Below, one piece after another: positions 1 through 8,367 of a stretch of DNA of 64,000 nucleotides. Origin of the DNA: Acidobacteriota bacterium (lineage in GTDB: Bacteria; Acidobacteriota; UBA6911); the NCBI GenBank assembly GCA_963664705.1, contig OY761556.1, positions 6,048,001-6,112,000 on the forward strand, in the 5' to 3' direction. The notes under the pieces are model-generated. The model had not been told where the DNA came from. It did no database searches and saw only the letters and a list, made by a program, of their open reading frames with translations. A program made the position numbers and the translations under genes. Each line of letters opens with the position of its first letter. The first letter of the stretch is position 1.

Positions 1-1125
1 CAATCCATCTTTTCCGTTGTCGGCGTCTTCAACAGTGCGCAGTTGCTGATGAAAGCCATTCCACGGATCCGGACGAAAACCTCCGCAAGATTGGAAACAT
101 ATACGCCATATCCCATCGAAGGGATCGATAAGCTGCTGGGACTTCGAAAATCTCCGATCGGAGGAATGGTCCTCGTTATGGGGATCATCGGCGCAATTTC
201 GACCCTGGCTTTTGAGCTGTGGACGAGTGGGATCGATTATCCGCAGATGACGGCAGGCAAGCCGTACTTTTCATGGGAAGCCCTTGTCCCGATCATGTTC
301 GAAGTTACGGTTCTGTTTGCGACCTTTACTTCCGGGCTCGGGATGTTGCTGCTGCTGAACCGTCTTCCTTTTTTCCGGCATCCCATGCTGCATTCCAAAT
401 CCCTGCGACTGGTTACGAGGGATAGGTTTGCGCTGGCCGTTGAATCTGCCGGATCCGACATTGATGCGGATGCCATTTCGAAAGAACTGCAGCAAGCCGG
501 GGCTGAGTCGGTTGAGATACTGGAGCAGCCGGCCCCGCTCGGAGTGATGTCGGCGAACTTTTTTGCAGCAGTAATCGGGGCTATCGCGGTTTCCTGCCTG
601 CTCGCGGGCTTTTTGACTTATTGGGCAACGAAGCTCTTCCCGATATCCATTCCGGTGGTGCATATGCTGGATCAGCCGCGACTGGATCCGCAGCGGGCGA
701 GCAGCTTTTTTAAGGATGGCTTTGGAATGCGGATGCCGGTTCCCGAGACGGTTTCCCACGATTCAATGCCGTATACCATTAAAAAACAGGAGAATGCCGG
801 AGATCTGGTCAACCCGCTGCCCCGGTCTGCCGCGGTACTGAATCGAGGACGGCAGGTTTATACCAACACTTGTTCTGTCTGTCATGGGGTCCTCGGGAAT
901 GGGATGACATCGCTGACGGCTGCCTATGGAGCCAAGCCGGCAAACCTGGTATCTCAGCAGATCATTGAATTGCCCGATGGGAAAATTTATCACGTAATTG
1001 TGAATGGCAAGAATTCGATGCCTTCGTACATGGCGGACTTGCCCGAAAATGATCGATGGGCTGCAATTCATTATGTCCGGGTACTGCAGAGAGCGATGAA
1101 TGCCAAGGACGAGGATGTAAAGTAA
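1..1125 (+). CDS. Alternative complex III ActD (DUF3341)-ActE (monoheme cytochrome c) fusion, 5'-truncated by the window
   Basis: Frame 1 is open from base 1 (QSIFSVVGVFNSAQLLMKA...). DUF3341-like motifs YTPYPIEG and GKPYFSW..PIMFEVTVLF, then MLDQP and CSVCH...MPSY cytochrome c; directly upstream of actF. Confidence 0.85.
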   Translation, partial: QSIFSVVGVFNSAQLLMKAIPRIRTKTSARLETYTPYPIEGIDKLLGLRKSPIGGMVLVMGIIGAISTLAFELWTSGIDYPQMTAGKPYFSWEALVPIMFEVTVLFATFTSGLGMLLLLNRLPFFRHPMLHSKSLRLVTRDRFALAVESAGSDIDADAISKELQQAGAESVEILEQPAPLGVMSANFFAAVIGAIAVSCLLAGFLTYWATKLFPISIPVVHMLDQPRLDPQRASSFFKDGFGMRMPVPETVSHDSMPYTIKKQENAGDLVNPLPRSAAVLNRGRQVYTNTCSVCHGVLGNGMTSLTAAYGAKPANLVSQQIIELPDGKIYHVIVNGKNSMPSYMADLPENDRWAAIHYVRVLQRAMNAKDEDVK

Positions 1126-1193
1126 TTTACGATTTACGATTGGAAACAACCGCATGCCTTTTTGCTGCAGATGCAATCGTAAATCGTCAATCG
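1125..1193. repeat. Heptamer-based palindrome (ACGATTG/CAATCGT family)
   Basis: ATTTACGATTTACGATTG at 1125-1142 versus CAATCGTAAATCGTCAATCG at 1174-1193. Confidence 0.75.
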
Positions 1194-1206
1194 GTACAGG
1201 AGATAT

Positions 1207-2352
1207 GTGGTGAATTCGGAGACCAATACCAAACTGACAATTGCCGCGTTCCTCGGCCTGGTTGGGGTTGTTGCCGCATCTTTCTATGCCGGTTGGGAAC
1301 GGTTCTGGGCAAACTGGATCCTCTGGTTTCTTTTTCTGCTCACAATCGGTCTCGGCTCACTTTTCCTCGTGGCATTGGAGCATGTGGTGGGCGCGAAGTG
1401 GAGTATTCCGCTTCGACGCGTTCCGGAGCGTCTCTCCAGCCTTGTTCTCCTGATGGCTCCGGCTGCGTTGCTCGCATTGTTTTCCCTGCGATACCTTTAT
1501 CCATGGACGAGACCGGAGGCAGCGCAGAATCCCCTTGTCGCCGGGAAAGCCGCCTGGCTGAATGTCCCGTTTTTTTCGCTTCGAGTCGTGCTTTGCGCGG
1601 GCCTGTGGTTCCTGGCATACCGGATTATGGTATCCGGGTCTCTAAGGCAGGATGTTGATCGCGATCCCCGATTCAATCTGCGAGCGCGACGCTTCTCGCC
1701 GTTCTTCATGTTTGTTTTTGGAATTACCATCACGGTGGTAGCCTTCGACTGGATCTCGAGCCTCGAGCCTGCATGGTACAGCGATATCTTCGGGGTCTAT
1801 GTTTTTGCCGGGACTTTCCTTGCGGGGCTTGCTGCGACTACGCTGGCGCTGCTGTATCTGAAAAGCCGTGGAAGACTGCAGGAAGTGGGTCCGGACCACA
1901 TGTATAACCTGGGCGGTTTTCTTTTTGCCTTCACGGTTTTCTGGTCCTATATCGGGTTTGCCCAGTATATGCTCATGTGGTATGCCAATCTGCCGGAAGA
2001 GGTTTACTGGTACAGCGAGCGACTTGAAGGGGCCTGGGGGCTCATACTTCTCGCATTGGCTGTATTTCATTTCCTCGTCCCCTTTTTCATCCTGATCCCC
2101 CGGGACGCCAAGGGCAGTCCGAAGTTTCTTTTTTACACCGCCGCCATCATGCTTGTTTCTCACTGGCTGGACCTGTACTGGATGATTTTTCCGGTTTTGA
2201 AAAAGGGTTTGCTCCTGGGATGGCCTGAGTTGGCCTTTGGCCTGCTCTTCATTTGTGGTGGTCTCTTCTGGCTTCGACGTTTGATGAATCGAGGATCCGA
2301 TATGCCGGTAGGGGATCCTTTCCTGAGCCAGGGATTGGAGTTCCACCTATGA
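1207..2352 (+). CDS. actF: Alternative complex III subunit ActF (polytopic membrane protein)
   Basis: About 10 TM segments with WS..LRR..E, KAAWLN.PFF, AFDW..SLEP.WYS, FW.Y..F.QY.L.WYANLPEE motifs; ACIII context. Confidence 0.85.
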   Translation: MVNSETNTKLTIAAFLGLVGVVAASFYAGWERFWANWILWFLFLLTIGLGSLFLVALEHVVGAKWSIPLRRVPERLSSLVLLMAPAALLALFSLRYLYPWTRPEAAQNPLVAGKAAWLNVPFFSLRVVLCAGLWFLAYRIMVSGSLRQDVDRDPRFNLRARRFSPFFMFVFGITITVVAFDWISSLEPAWYSDIFGVYVFAGTFLAGLAATTLALLYLKSRGRLQEVGPDHMYNLGGFLFAFTVFWSYIGFAQYMLMWYANLPEEVYWYSERLEGAWGLILLALAVFHFLVPFFILIPRDAKGSPKFLFYTAAIMLVSHWLDLYWMIFPVLKKGLLLGWPELAFGLLFICGGLFWLRRLMNRGSDMPVGDPFLSQGLEFHL

Positions 2353-3266
2353 TCGAGAAATATGTGGATTCGGCGGAACTCAAGCGGCTTCTGTCCACAC
2401 TGGTGGTAATTCTGGGCTGCCTGCTCGTGGCGGGATTGTTTGCAAGCATCGTTGTGCCGGGACTGAGAAATGCCAACCAGCCTCCTAGCCCCACAGCCGT
2501 TGTCCCCGTTATCGGAGAATCCGGCTGGCTGGATCCTACGGAGTTTCCGCCGCAAAAGGGGCAGGAGATTCCCCCGGTGGATCCCAAGACTCTGATGAGT
2601 GCCACGCCGGAGTTGATTGCCCGCGGGAAGAGTCTGTTTGAGAGCAACTGTACGAGTTGCCACGGGGCTTTGGGACACGGCGATGGGCCCGCTGCATCCA
2701 CCATGAAGCCGCCTCCCCGTAATTTTTCGAGCCCCAACGGATGGGTGAATGGATATCACGCGCCGGGTATCTATAAAACACTGAGCGAAGGTATTGGCGG
2801 CACCTCCATGGCTTCCTTTGATTACTTGCGGAAAAAGGATCGAATGGCGCTGATGCATTATGTTCAGGCACTCGGCACTTTCCCGCATAATACGGCGCCT
2901 CCGAAATTGATGGAAAGCCTGGCCCAGACGCTGGCCTCCGCAGGCGAGAGAACGCCGAACAAGATTCCGGTCAGTATGGCCATGAATAAGCTCCGCGAGG
3001 AATTCCCGGCGGCTCCCAAACTGGTCATTGATGAAAATGACCAGAGTCCAGGCGGCGTGTTGCTTCGGAAAGCGGTGCTTGACCCTGTCCGCGCGTCCCA
3101 GTTTCTTGCGCAGTCATCAACCTGGCGCGCGACGTATCGGGATTTTGCCGCATCTGTACTTCTGGATATTCCGGAAAACGGCTTTTCAACAGCATTGGTT
3201 TCGCTGAAACCGGCAGAATGGCAATTATTGCATTCGGAGCTTGTTGCTAAAATCAAATCGAAATAG
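2349..3266 (+). CDS. Membrane-anchored monoheme c-type cytochrome with C-terminal extension
   Basis: ATGA overlap with the actF stop; N-terminal TM helix; CTSCHG..GHGDGPAA..KPPPRNF; GTSM distal Met. Confidence 0.8.
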   Translation: MIEKYVDSAELKRLLSTLVVILGCLLVAGLFASIVVPGLRNANQPPSPTAVVPVIGESGWLDPTEFPPQKGQEIPPVDPKTLMSATPELIARGKSLFESNCTSCHGALGHGDGPAASTMKPPPRNFSSPNGWVNGYHAPGIYKTLSEGIGGTSMASFDYLRKKDRMALMHYVQALGTFPHNTAPPKLMESLAQTLASAGERTPNKIPVSMAMNKLREEFPAAPKLVIDENDQSPGGVLLRKAVLDPVRASQFLAQSSTWRATYRDFAASVLLDIPENGFSTALVSLKPAEWQLLHSELVAKIKSK

Positions 3267-3278
3267 GGGAGAACGACA

Positions 3279-4046
3279 ATGGCCCGGAAGATTGCAGCAT
3301 TCATTCTATTGCTGCTTTTTGCTTCAGCCGGCAATGCTCAGATGCGGGCGCCTTCGGATATCGGGATTGATGAAAAACTCGGAGCCCGGGTTGCGTTGGA
3401 TATTCCTCTCAAGGATGAAGATGGGAACCAGGTCACGCTGCGCCAGTACGTCGACAAGCCGACTATCCTGATGTTCAATTATTTGCGCTGCCCCGGGGTT
3501 TGCCCGGTGCTTATCAACAGTGCGGTCGATGCAGTCAATCGGATGAATCTGGAACCGGGGAAGGACTACCGGCTTGTTGCCGTAAGCTTCGATCACACCG
3601 ACACTCCTCAACTGGCGCGAGAGAAAAAAGCAAATTACCTCAACCAGATGAGACGGCCCTTTTCGCCCGACAACTGGCACTTTCTGACCGGGACCCTTGA
3701 AAACATCAAGGCGGTGGCCGATTCCGCAGGCTTTCGCTATCAGCAGCAGGGGGACATGTTTGTGCATCCCGGGGCGATTATTCTCCTGACGCCGAAAGGG
3801 ATCGTCAGCCGGTACCTGTATGGATCCACCTTCCTGCCGGCGGATATCGAGATGGCGGTGAAAGAGGCAGCGGGCGGCGAAGTGCTTCCTTCAATTTCCA
3901 GGGTGCTGTCGTTCTGTTATGTTACCGATCCGAAGGGACGGGGACGGGTCTTCAGCATCACCCGGTTTGCCGGTGCCGCAACGCTGGTTGTTGCCGGAAT
4001 TTTTATAATTTTTGTTCTCCGGCCAAAAAAGTCTTCAAGTATTTGA
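3279..4046 (+). CDS. SCO1/SenC family copper chaperone
   Basis: Signal peptide, CPGVC (CxxxC), conserved HP, C-terminal TM; precedes oxidase subunit I. Confidence 0.85.
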   Translation: MARKIAAFILLLLFASAGNAQMRAPSDIGIDEKLGARVALDIPLKDEDGNQVTLRQYVDKPTILMFNYLRCPGVCPVLINSAVDAVNRMNLEPGKDYRLVAVSFDHTDTPQLAREKKANYLNQMRRPFSPDNWHFLTGTLENIKAVADSAGFRYQQQGDMFVHPGAIILLTPKGIVSRYLYGSTFLPADIEMAVKEAAGGEVLPSISRVLSFCYVTDPKGRGRVFSITRFAGAATLVVAGIFIIFVLRPKKSSSI

Positions 4047-4062
4047 GGTTAACGATACACCT

Positions 4063-5652
4063 ATGAGCTACCTGATCGAAGGCGGGAAAGGGATCCGGAG
4101 TTGGATCTTTTCTACGGATCACAAGAGGATTGGAGTGCTTTACCTGGTATCCATGGTTTCTCTCTTCTTTGTGGCCGTGACACTCGGCGTCCTGATGAGG
4201 ATCGAACAGCTCACGGTTCAAACGCCCATGTTTTCACCGCAAATATACAACGCGTTTTTTACGGTGCATGGCGTTGTCATGATCTTTATGTTCGTGCTTC
4301 CGGGCCTCCCTGCGGTTTTCGGAAATTTTTTCCTTCCGATTATGCTGGGTGCAAAGGATGTGTCGTTTCCCAGGCTGAACCTGATGTCCTGGTATTTCTT
4401 CATAGTGGGTGCCGGGCTTGTGGTTGCCTCCCTGTTTACAGGTAACGGGCCGCCGGATACCGGATGGACCTTTTATGCTCCTTTCAGCATCAAAACCGGA
4501 ACGAATATCACCCTGGGTGTTTTCGGTGCATTTGTTTTAGGCTTTTCTTCAATCTTGACCGGCCTCAACTTTATTACAACGATTCACAGACTTCGGGCCC
4601 CCGGGATGACCTGGCACCGCATGCCCTTGTTTGCGTGGGCCGTGTATGGAACCGCCTGGATTCAGCTCCTTGCGACACCGATTGTCGGGATCACGCTGCT
4701 CCTGGTGATAGCAGAGCGTCTGTTTGGGATCGGCGTTTTCGATCCCGCAAAAGGCGGGGATCCACTGCTGTATCAGCATCTATTCTGGATTTATTCGCAT
4801 CCCGCGGTCTACATCATGATTCTTCCTGCCATGGGTGCAATCACCGAAATCATCCCGACTTTTGCGCACAAATCGGTCTTTGGCTATAAGGCAATAGCCT
4901 ATTCTTCCCTGGCAATCGCCTTCCTGGGCTCCCTGGTTTGGGGACACCACATGTTTACCAGTGGTATGTCAGAGACCGCCAATCTGATTTTTTCCCTGCT
5001 CACGTTCATGGTGGCCGTCCCCAGTGCCATCAAGGTCTTCAACTGGACTGCGACGCTGTACAAGGGGGCCATTGAAATCAAACCTCCGATGGTTTTTGCC
5101 CTTACCTTCCTTTTCCTGTTCTGCATTGGTGGTTTGACCGGGCTCATGCAAGGTGCGCTTGCCGTCAATGTCCACATTCACGATACCTATTTCATCGTGG
5201 GGCACTTCCACTACGTGATGTTTGGCGGAACAGGGATGGGCTTCTTTGCAGCGCTGCTTTACTGGTTCCCGAAGATGTTCGGCAAGACCTATAACCACAA
5301 AATCGCCGTTCTTTCCTGGGTCCCGATTTTTATCGGATTCAATATGCTTTATTTCGGCATGCTGGTCCTCGGATATATGGGCATGCCGCGGCGCTATTTT
5401 ACCCATTTGCCGCAATTTCACACCGGGCACATTATCGCATCCGTGGGGAGTTTCATCCTGGCCATTGGCCTGGTTCTGTTCTTTGGAAACCTGGTAGTTG
5501 CGCTGTTTAAAGGGAAAAAGGCGGAACAGAATCCCTGGGGCGGGGTCACGCTTGAATGGCAGATTTCAACACCGCCGCCTCAGGAAAACTTTGCCGAGGT
5601 TCCGACAATTCGGGAACGTCCGTACGTCTTCAATCCGGAGGTCTCACGATGA
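4063..5652 (+). CDS. ctaD: Heme-copper oxidase subunit I, type A2
   Basis: STDHKRIG, HG..MIF, GWTFY.P, YSHPAVY (A2 signature), WGHH, HFHY, GMPRRY; GAGGT RBS before ATG 4063. Confidence 0.95.
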   Translation: MSYLIEGGKGIRSWIFSTDHKRIGVLYLVSMVSLFFVAVTLGVLMRIEQLTVQTPMFSPQIYNAFFTVHGVVMIFMFVLPGLPAVFGNFFLPIMLGAKDVSFPRLNLMSWYFFIVGAGLVVASLFTGNGPPDTGWTFYAPFSIKTGTNITLGVFGAFVLGFSSILTGLNFITTIHRLRAPGMTWHRMPLFAWAVYGTAWIQLLATPIVGITLLLVIAERLFGIGVFDPAKGGDPLLYQHLFWIYSHPAVYIMILPAMGAITEIIPTFAHKSVFGYKAIAYSSLAIAFLGSLVWGHHMFTSGMSETANLIFSLLTFMVAVPSAIKVFNWTATLYKGAIEIKPPMVFALTFLFLFCIGGLTGLMQGALAVNVHIHDTYFIVGHFHYVMFGGTGMGFFAALLYWFPKMFGKTYNHKIAVLSWVPIFIGFNMLYFGMLVLGYMGMPRRYFTHLPQFHTGHIIASVGSFILAIGLVLFFGNLVVALFKGKKAEQNPWGGVTLEWQISTPPPQENFAEVPTIRERPYVFNPEVSR

Positions 5653-6260
5653 GCAGCCCCGCCGCCACTCCGCACAAGGATTACGAAGGTGCCAAGCTGG
5701 GCATGTGGCTGTTTCTGTTTACCGAAATCCTGCTCTTTGGCGGGCTGTTCATCCTGTACTCGGCTTACCGCGCCCGCTACCCGATGGAGTTTCATGAAGG
5801 CGGACAACACCTGAATGTCGTGATCGGAGTGGCTAACACGATTATTCTGCTGACCAGCAGCCTGACGGTTGCAATGTCGATTGTGGCGATTCAGAAGGGG
5901 AATCGAAAGCTTTCCATCTCGTGCCTGATCGCAACCATCATCATGGGCGCCGCGTTCCTGGTAAATAAATACATCGAGTGGAGCGGAGAGATCAGCCACG
6001 GGTTGTATCCGAATTCTCCTGTTCTGGCGCAGCGTCCCAAGGGGGACCAGATATTTTTCGGGCTCTATTACAGCATGACGGGATTGCATGGGCTGCATGT
6101 CATTGCCGGAATCATCGTCCTGTCTGTGATGCTTTTATTTGTGATTCGCGGGAAAATCACCAGCACCGATTTTAACAAACTCGAGAATGGCGGCCTGTAC
6201 TGGCACCTGGTGGATGTGATCTGGATCTTTCTCCTGCCGCTTTTCTATTTGGCGGCATGA
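5649..6260 (+). CDS. ctaE: Cytochrome c oxidase subunit III
   Basis: GMWLFLFTE.LLF.GLF, NT..LL.SS, TGLHG.HV..G, LYWHLVD.IW; ATGA overlap. Confidence 0.93.
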   Translation: MSSPAATPHKDYEGAKLGMWLFLFTEILLFGGLFILYSAYRARYPMEFHEGGQHLNVVIGVANTIILLTSSLTVAMSIVAIQKGNRKLSISCLIATIIMGAAFLVNKYIEWSGEISHGLYPNSPVLAQRPKGDQIFFGLYYSMTGLHGLHVIAGIIVLSVMLLFVIRGKITSTDFNKLENGGLYWHLVDVIWIFLLPLFYLAA

Positions 6261-6266
6261 GGTCGT

Positions 6267-6569
6267 ATGGAAGGTGAGATGGAACACGCTGAACAGCACG
6301 CGCATGTCGTTCCCTACCGGACATTTGTCCGGGTCTGGCTGCTGCTGATATTTCTTACGGCAGCGCTTGTCGCAACCAGCAAGCTCTGGCACGAAGCCTT
6401 ATCGGTTTGGGCTATGCTGATCATTACCCCGGTCAAGGCGGGCCTTGTCCTGTTCTTCTTTATGCACCTCAAGTACGAAAAGCCCTACTTGCGCGCCCTG
6501 GTGTTTTTGACAATAGGATTGCTGACGTTGGTAATCGGTATACTTTTCTTCGATATTCTATATAGGTGA
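6267..6569 (+). CDS. ctaF: Cytochrome c oxidase subunit IV family protein (start may be 6279)
   Basis: Three TM helices, KA.LV.FFFMHLKYE motif. Confidence 0.85.
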   Translation: MEGEMEHAEQHAHVVPYRTFVRVWLLLIFLTAALVATSKLWHEALSVWAMLIITPVKAGLVLFFFMHLKYEKPYLRALVFLTIGLLTLVIGILFFDILYR

Positions 6570-6573
6570 TACC

Positions 6574-7542
6574 ATGCCGATCATACCCCAGGCTTCGAGT
6601 GCTGCAGGAAGGGTAGACTCGGTCTTCCTGTTCATCTTTATTCTCTGCGTCGTATTTCTCGTGTGCATCACTGCCGCGCTGATTTATTTCCTGATCAAGT
6701 ACAACCGGAAACGACATCCGCAGGCTGTGGACATCGAGGGAAACGTCGTTCTCGAGACGGTCTGGACCACCGTGCCCATTGTGCTTTTCCTCGTCATGTT
6801 CTTCTATGGCTGGACCGATTATCGCTATATGCGCGAGGCGCCCCGCGAGGCCATGGTGATCGAAGCTACCGGCCGCCAGTGGGCCTGGTCGTTCAAGTAT
6901 CCCAACGGGAAGCGGACCTCAGAACTGATCCTGGCAGCGGATAAGCCGGTAAAGATGGACCTTCGATCGCTGGACGTAATCCACGGCTTCTTTATCCCTG
7001 CATTCCGCATCAAGGAAGATGTGGTTCCCGGGAAAGAAAATTTCACATGGTTTGTGCCAACGCAGCTTGGCTCCTTCGATATCGAATGCACGGTCATTTG
7101 CGGCGTGAGTCACGCGAACATGCTGGCAAAAGTGGTGGTTGTGCCCACTTCTGATTTTGAGGAATGGTATTTTGGCGGCGAGGATGCCCCGCTGCCAAAG
7201 GCAACCCGGAAACCGGCGCCGCATCCGGTGGTCGCAAAGGTCGGAGATGCGGACATTCCAGCGCTGAAAATCATGAATCAGCGATTCTGCCCGACATGCC
7301 ACTCCATTGACGGAAGCGCCCTGGTGGGTCCTACATTCAAAGGACTGTACGGCAGCAAACAAATCCTGGTGGATGCCGAAGGCAAAGAGCATCCGGTTAC
7401 AGCCGATGATATGTATTTGGCGCGCGCCATCAACAACCCCGGCATGGAAACCGTAAAGGGCTATCCACCGGCAATGCCCAAAAACCCTCTGCCTGAGCCT
7501 GAGCTCAAACTGGTTATTGAATATATCAAGACGCTGAAATAG
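6574..7542 (+). CDS. ctaC: Cytochrome c oxidase subunit II with fused C-terminal cytochrome c (caa3-type)
   Basis: LETVWT..P, QW.W.F.Y, DVIH, CuA motif CTVICGVSHANM, then CPTCH..DG...VGP...MP. Confidence 0.92.
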   Translation: MPIIPQASSAAGRVDSVFLFIFILCVVFLVCITAALIYFLIKYNRKRHPQAVDIEGNVVLETVWTTVPIVLFLVMFFYGWTDYRYMREAPREAMVIEATGRQWAWSFKYPNGKRTSELILAADKPVKMDLRSLDVIHGFFIPAFRIKEDVVPGKENFTWFVPTQLGSFDIECTVICGVSHANMLAKVVVVPTSDFEEWYFGGEDAPLPKATRKPAPHPVVAKVGDADIPALKIMNQRFCPTCHSIDGSALVGPTFKGLYGSKQILVDAEGKEHPVTADDMYLARAINNPGMETVKGYPPAMPKNPLPEPELKLVIEYIKTLK

Positions 7543-7543
7543 C

Positions 7544-7650
7544 AGGATTCCAGATTCCAGATTTCAGATTTCAGACCAAGACCGGGGAGTACTCACTGGG
7601 AGTGCCGCCGTCCCGGCTAAGGCCGCATATTATTTGCTCTAATCCCTGGC
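7544..7650 (+). repeat. Dispersed ~110-150 bp repeat, copy 1 (heptamer tract plus TGGGAG unit)
   Basis: (GATTCCA/GATTTCA)x4-GACC..GGGAGTACTCACTGGGAGTGCCGCCGTCCCGGCTAAGGCCGCATATTATTTGCTCTAATCCCTGG; homologous to 47161-47298 and 60833-60980. Confidence 0.85.
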
Positions 7651-7723
7651 CTGGAATGAGGCTGGGGCCCATTGGGAAAGCTGGCGTCTTGCCCAATGAA
7701 GCCGGAAGCACGATGCTTCCCAG

Positions 7724-7922
7724 CCCCAGCGGGGGCGGCCAGAACGTAGCCGGGGGTGAGCGCTTTTTGCGAACCCCCGGATTGAATTAGTCATGTAACA
7801 AGCCCTGACGGGGCGGCAGAATGCTGATCTTTCGCCCCTGGCCGGGGCTCTCTCTCCCCCTTATCGCTACCGGGGGTTCGCTGCGCTTCACCCCCGGCTA
7901 CGATCTCTCGGCCCTCCGGGCC
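7724..7922. repeat. Inverted doublet of GTAG-family REP elements with small accessory hairpins
   Basis: GTAGCCGGGGGTGAGCG..GCGAACCCCCGG at 7746-7780 (+) and GTAGCCGGGGGTGAAGCGCAGCGAACCCCCGG at 7901-7870 (-); GC hairpins such as GGCCCTCCGGGCC at 7910-7922. Confidence 0.85.
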
Positions 7923-8013
7923 CTGGACTTTGGACATTTGCGTATGTTAAGTTGTTATTTGCTATACATACATACGCAGTTGTGGCATTATCTCTGCAAC
8001 GGAGGTTAATGCC

Positions 8014-8367
8014 ATGAAGAAACTAGATCCGCTAGAACTACAAGATCCGATCCAACTCGCTGTGCTTAATGCCTTCGAGGTGGCACTCGATGCCCAGCTA
8101 CGTGCAATTCGAAAGTTAAAGAATCCCGATTCCGTGAAAGAGCAGCGTACGGCAGGGAGTATGTCACAGATCGATATGGTATACGACATACTTCAACGGG
8201 CAGGCAAGCCGCTACATATTACGGAAATCCTGGAACGTATTGAGAAGGTCTTTGGTAAACAACTGGATAGAGAGTCCGTGGTCTCATCCTTAGTGAAAAA
8301 GGTACGTCGCCACGATCGCTTTCTGCGAACGGACAAGAACGTCTTTGCTCTGAAGCAAGGAGAGTGA
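8014..8367 (+). CDS. IS accessory protein: N-terminal helix/coiled coil plus winged helix (HARE-HTH-like)
   Basis: GGAGG RBS; MSQIDMVYDILQRAGKPLHITEILERI...SSL.KK...F.R...NVFAL pattern resembles HARE-HTH/RNAP-delta N-terminal wHTH; lies inside the TIRs. Confidence 0.7.
   Translation: MKKLDPLELQDPIQLAVLNAFEVALDAQLRAIRKLKNPDSVKEQRTAGSMSQIDMVYDILQRAGKPLHITEILERIEKVFGKQLDRESVVSSLVKKVRRHDRFLRTDKNVFALKQGE

Noticed and set aside
7602-7790. Similar short ORFs MPPSRLR.HIICSNPW here and at 60693-60881
   Set aside because: Similarity comes from the dispersed DNA repeat; no RBS, and the sequences diverge beyond the repeat
7544-7922. Possible CRISPR array
   Set aside because: No run of identical repeats with unique equal-length spacers, and no cas genes in the window
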